DNA of 32,514 nucleotides, taken from contig CALDPJ010000412.1 of NCBI GenBank assembly GCA_937911795.1, forward strand, positions 1 to 32,514. Direction: 5' to 3'. The notes under the pieces were generated by a model. The model worked only from the letters and a program-made list of their open reading frames with translations. It was not told where the DNA came from and searched no databases. This document shows positions 32,417-32,514 of the stretch, in pieces; position 1 is the stretch's first letter, and each line of letters opens with the position of its first letter. The DNA comes from an uncultured Flavobacteriales bacterium (lineage in GTDB: Bacteria; Bacteroidota; Bacteroidia; Flavobacteriales_D; SKUL01). The position numbers and the translations under genes are program-made.

Positions 32417-32514
32417 ATGTTTGAAACCACCTCATTAACCATCAATAAAAGTGCTTATCAAAATAATCTGAAATTCATTCGCCAACACATTGGTGAAAAG
32501 GTCAAATTTTGCAG
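32417..32514 (+). CDS. alr: Probable alanine racemase, N-terminal 32 codons only (runs off the window)
   Basis: MFETTSLTINKSAYQNNLKFIRQHIGEKVKFC fits the usual alanine racemase N-terminus (a hydrophobic I/L-x-I-N/D stretch, then NL..IR......K...V.KA). Only a short fragment is visible, so the call is tentative. Confidence 0.5.
   Translation, partial: MFETTSLTINKSAYQNNLKFIRQHIGEKVKFC

Noticed and set aside
1-32514. Apparent GC heterogeneity as evidence of horizontally acquired islands. Hand-counted 60-nt lines range from about 37% (DUF1573 and WG-repeat regions) to about 58-60% (fbpC, dapD).
   Set aside because: I sampled only a few lines by hand. The variation tracks individual genes rather than forming a block bounded by mobility genes or repeats. 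A proper sliding-window GC, GC3 and tetranucleotide analysis against the whole genome would be needed.

Overview
This is a densely coding chromosomal segment with about 36 genes and roughly 90% coding sequence. It most likely comes from a Bacteroidota (Flavobacteriia-like) genome. Three things support that: many intergenic regions carry the Bacteroidetes sigma-A -7 box TAnnTTTG 15-85 nt upstream of starts; leaders are A-rich with almost no Shine-Dalgarno sequences; and lineage-typical families are present (DUF1573, WG-repeat, type-B L31, MM3350/pRiA4b-ORF3-like).

Gene content, left to right: the 3' part of an RND efflux operon (AcrB-like permease, NodT-type OMF lipoprotein) plus a luciferase-like oxidoreductase; csp; mscS; a MATE exporter; an Fe(3+) ABC importer (fbpABC) extended by a small TPR protein and an 82-aa unknown; a cytoplasmic PAS histidine kinase with a stand-alone receiver; a long minus-strand operon (dapD, GT9 heptosyltransferase, tsaC, CCA-adding/HD enzyme, MM3350-like acidic protein, miaA); ruvX, def and a lipoprotein; three tandem DUF1573 paralogs convergent with a beta-helix lipoprotein; rpmE (type B); a WG-repeat / TonB-C-like / AAC(3)-like operon; menB; an alkaline-phosphatase-superfamily protein; an M20 amidohydrolase; and the start of alr.

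I recognise no rRNA, tRNA, CRISPR array, transposase, integrase, phage gene or known defence gene, so this reads as core genome rather than an accessory island.

The observations most worth a second look are:
1. miaA has no ATG/GTG/TTG start. It begins at a CTGA overlap with the upstream stop codon.
2. A conserved-looking acidic MM3350-like protein sits inside a tRNA-maturation operon.
3. The DUF1573 triple array, with a CxC motif, lies next to an Ig-like/beta-helix lipoprotein.
4. The WG-repeat, TonB-C-like and AAC(3)-like genes are translationally coupled.
5. A Shine-Dalgarno-preceded 5-codon uORF lies in the L31 leader.

All functional calls come from reading motifs in the supplied translations. 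No database search was run.
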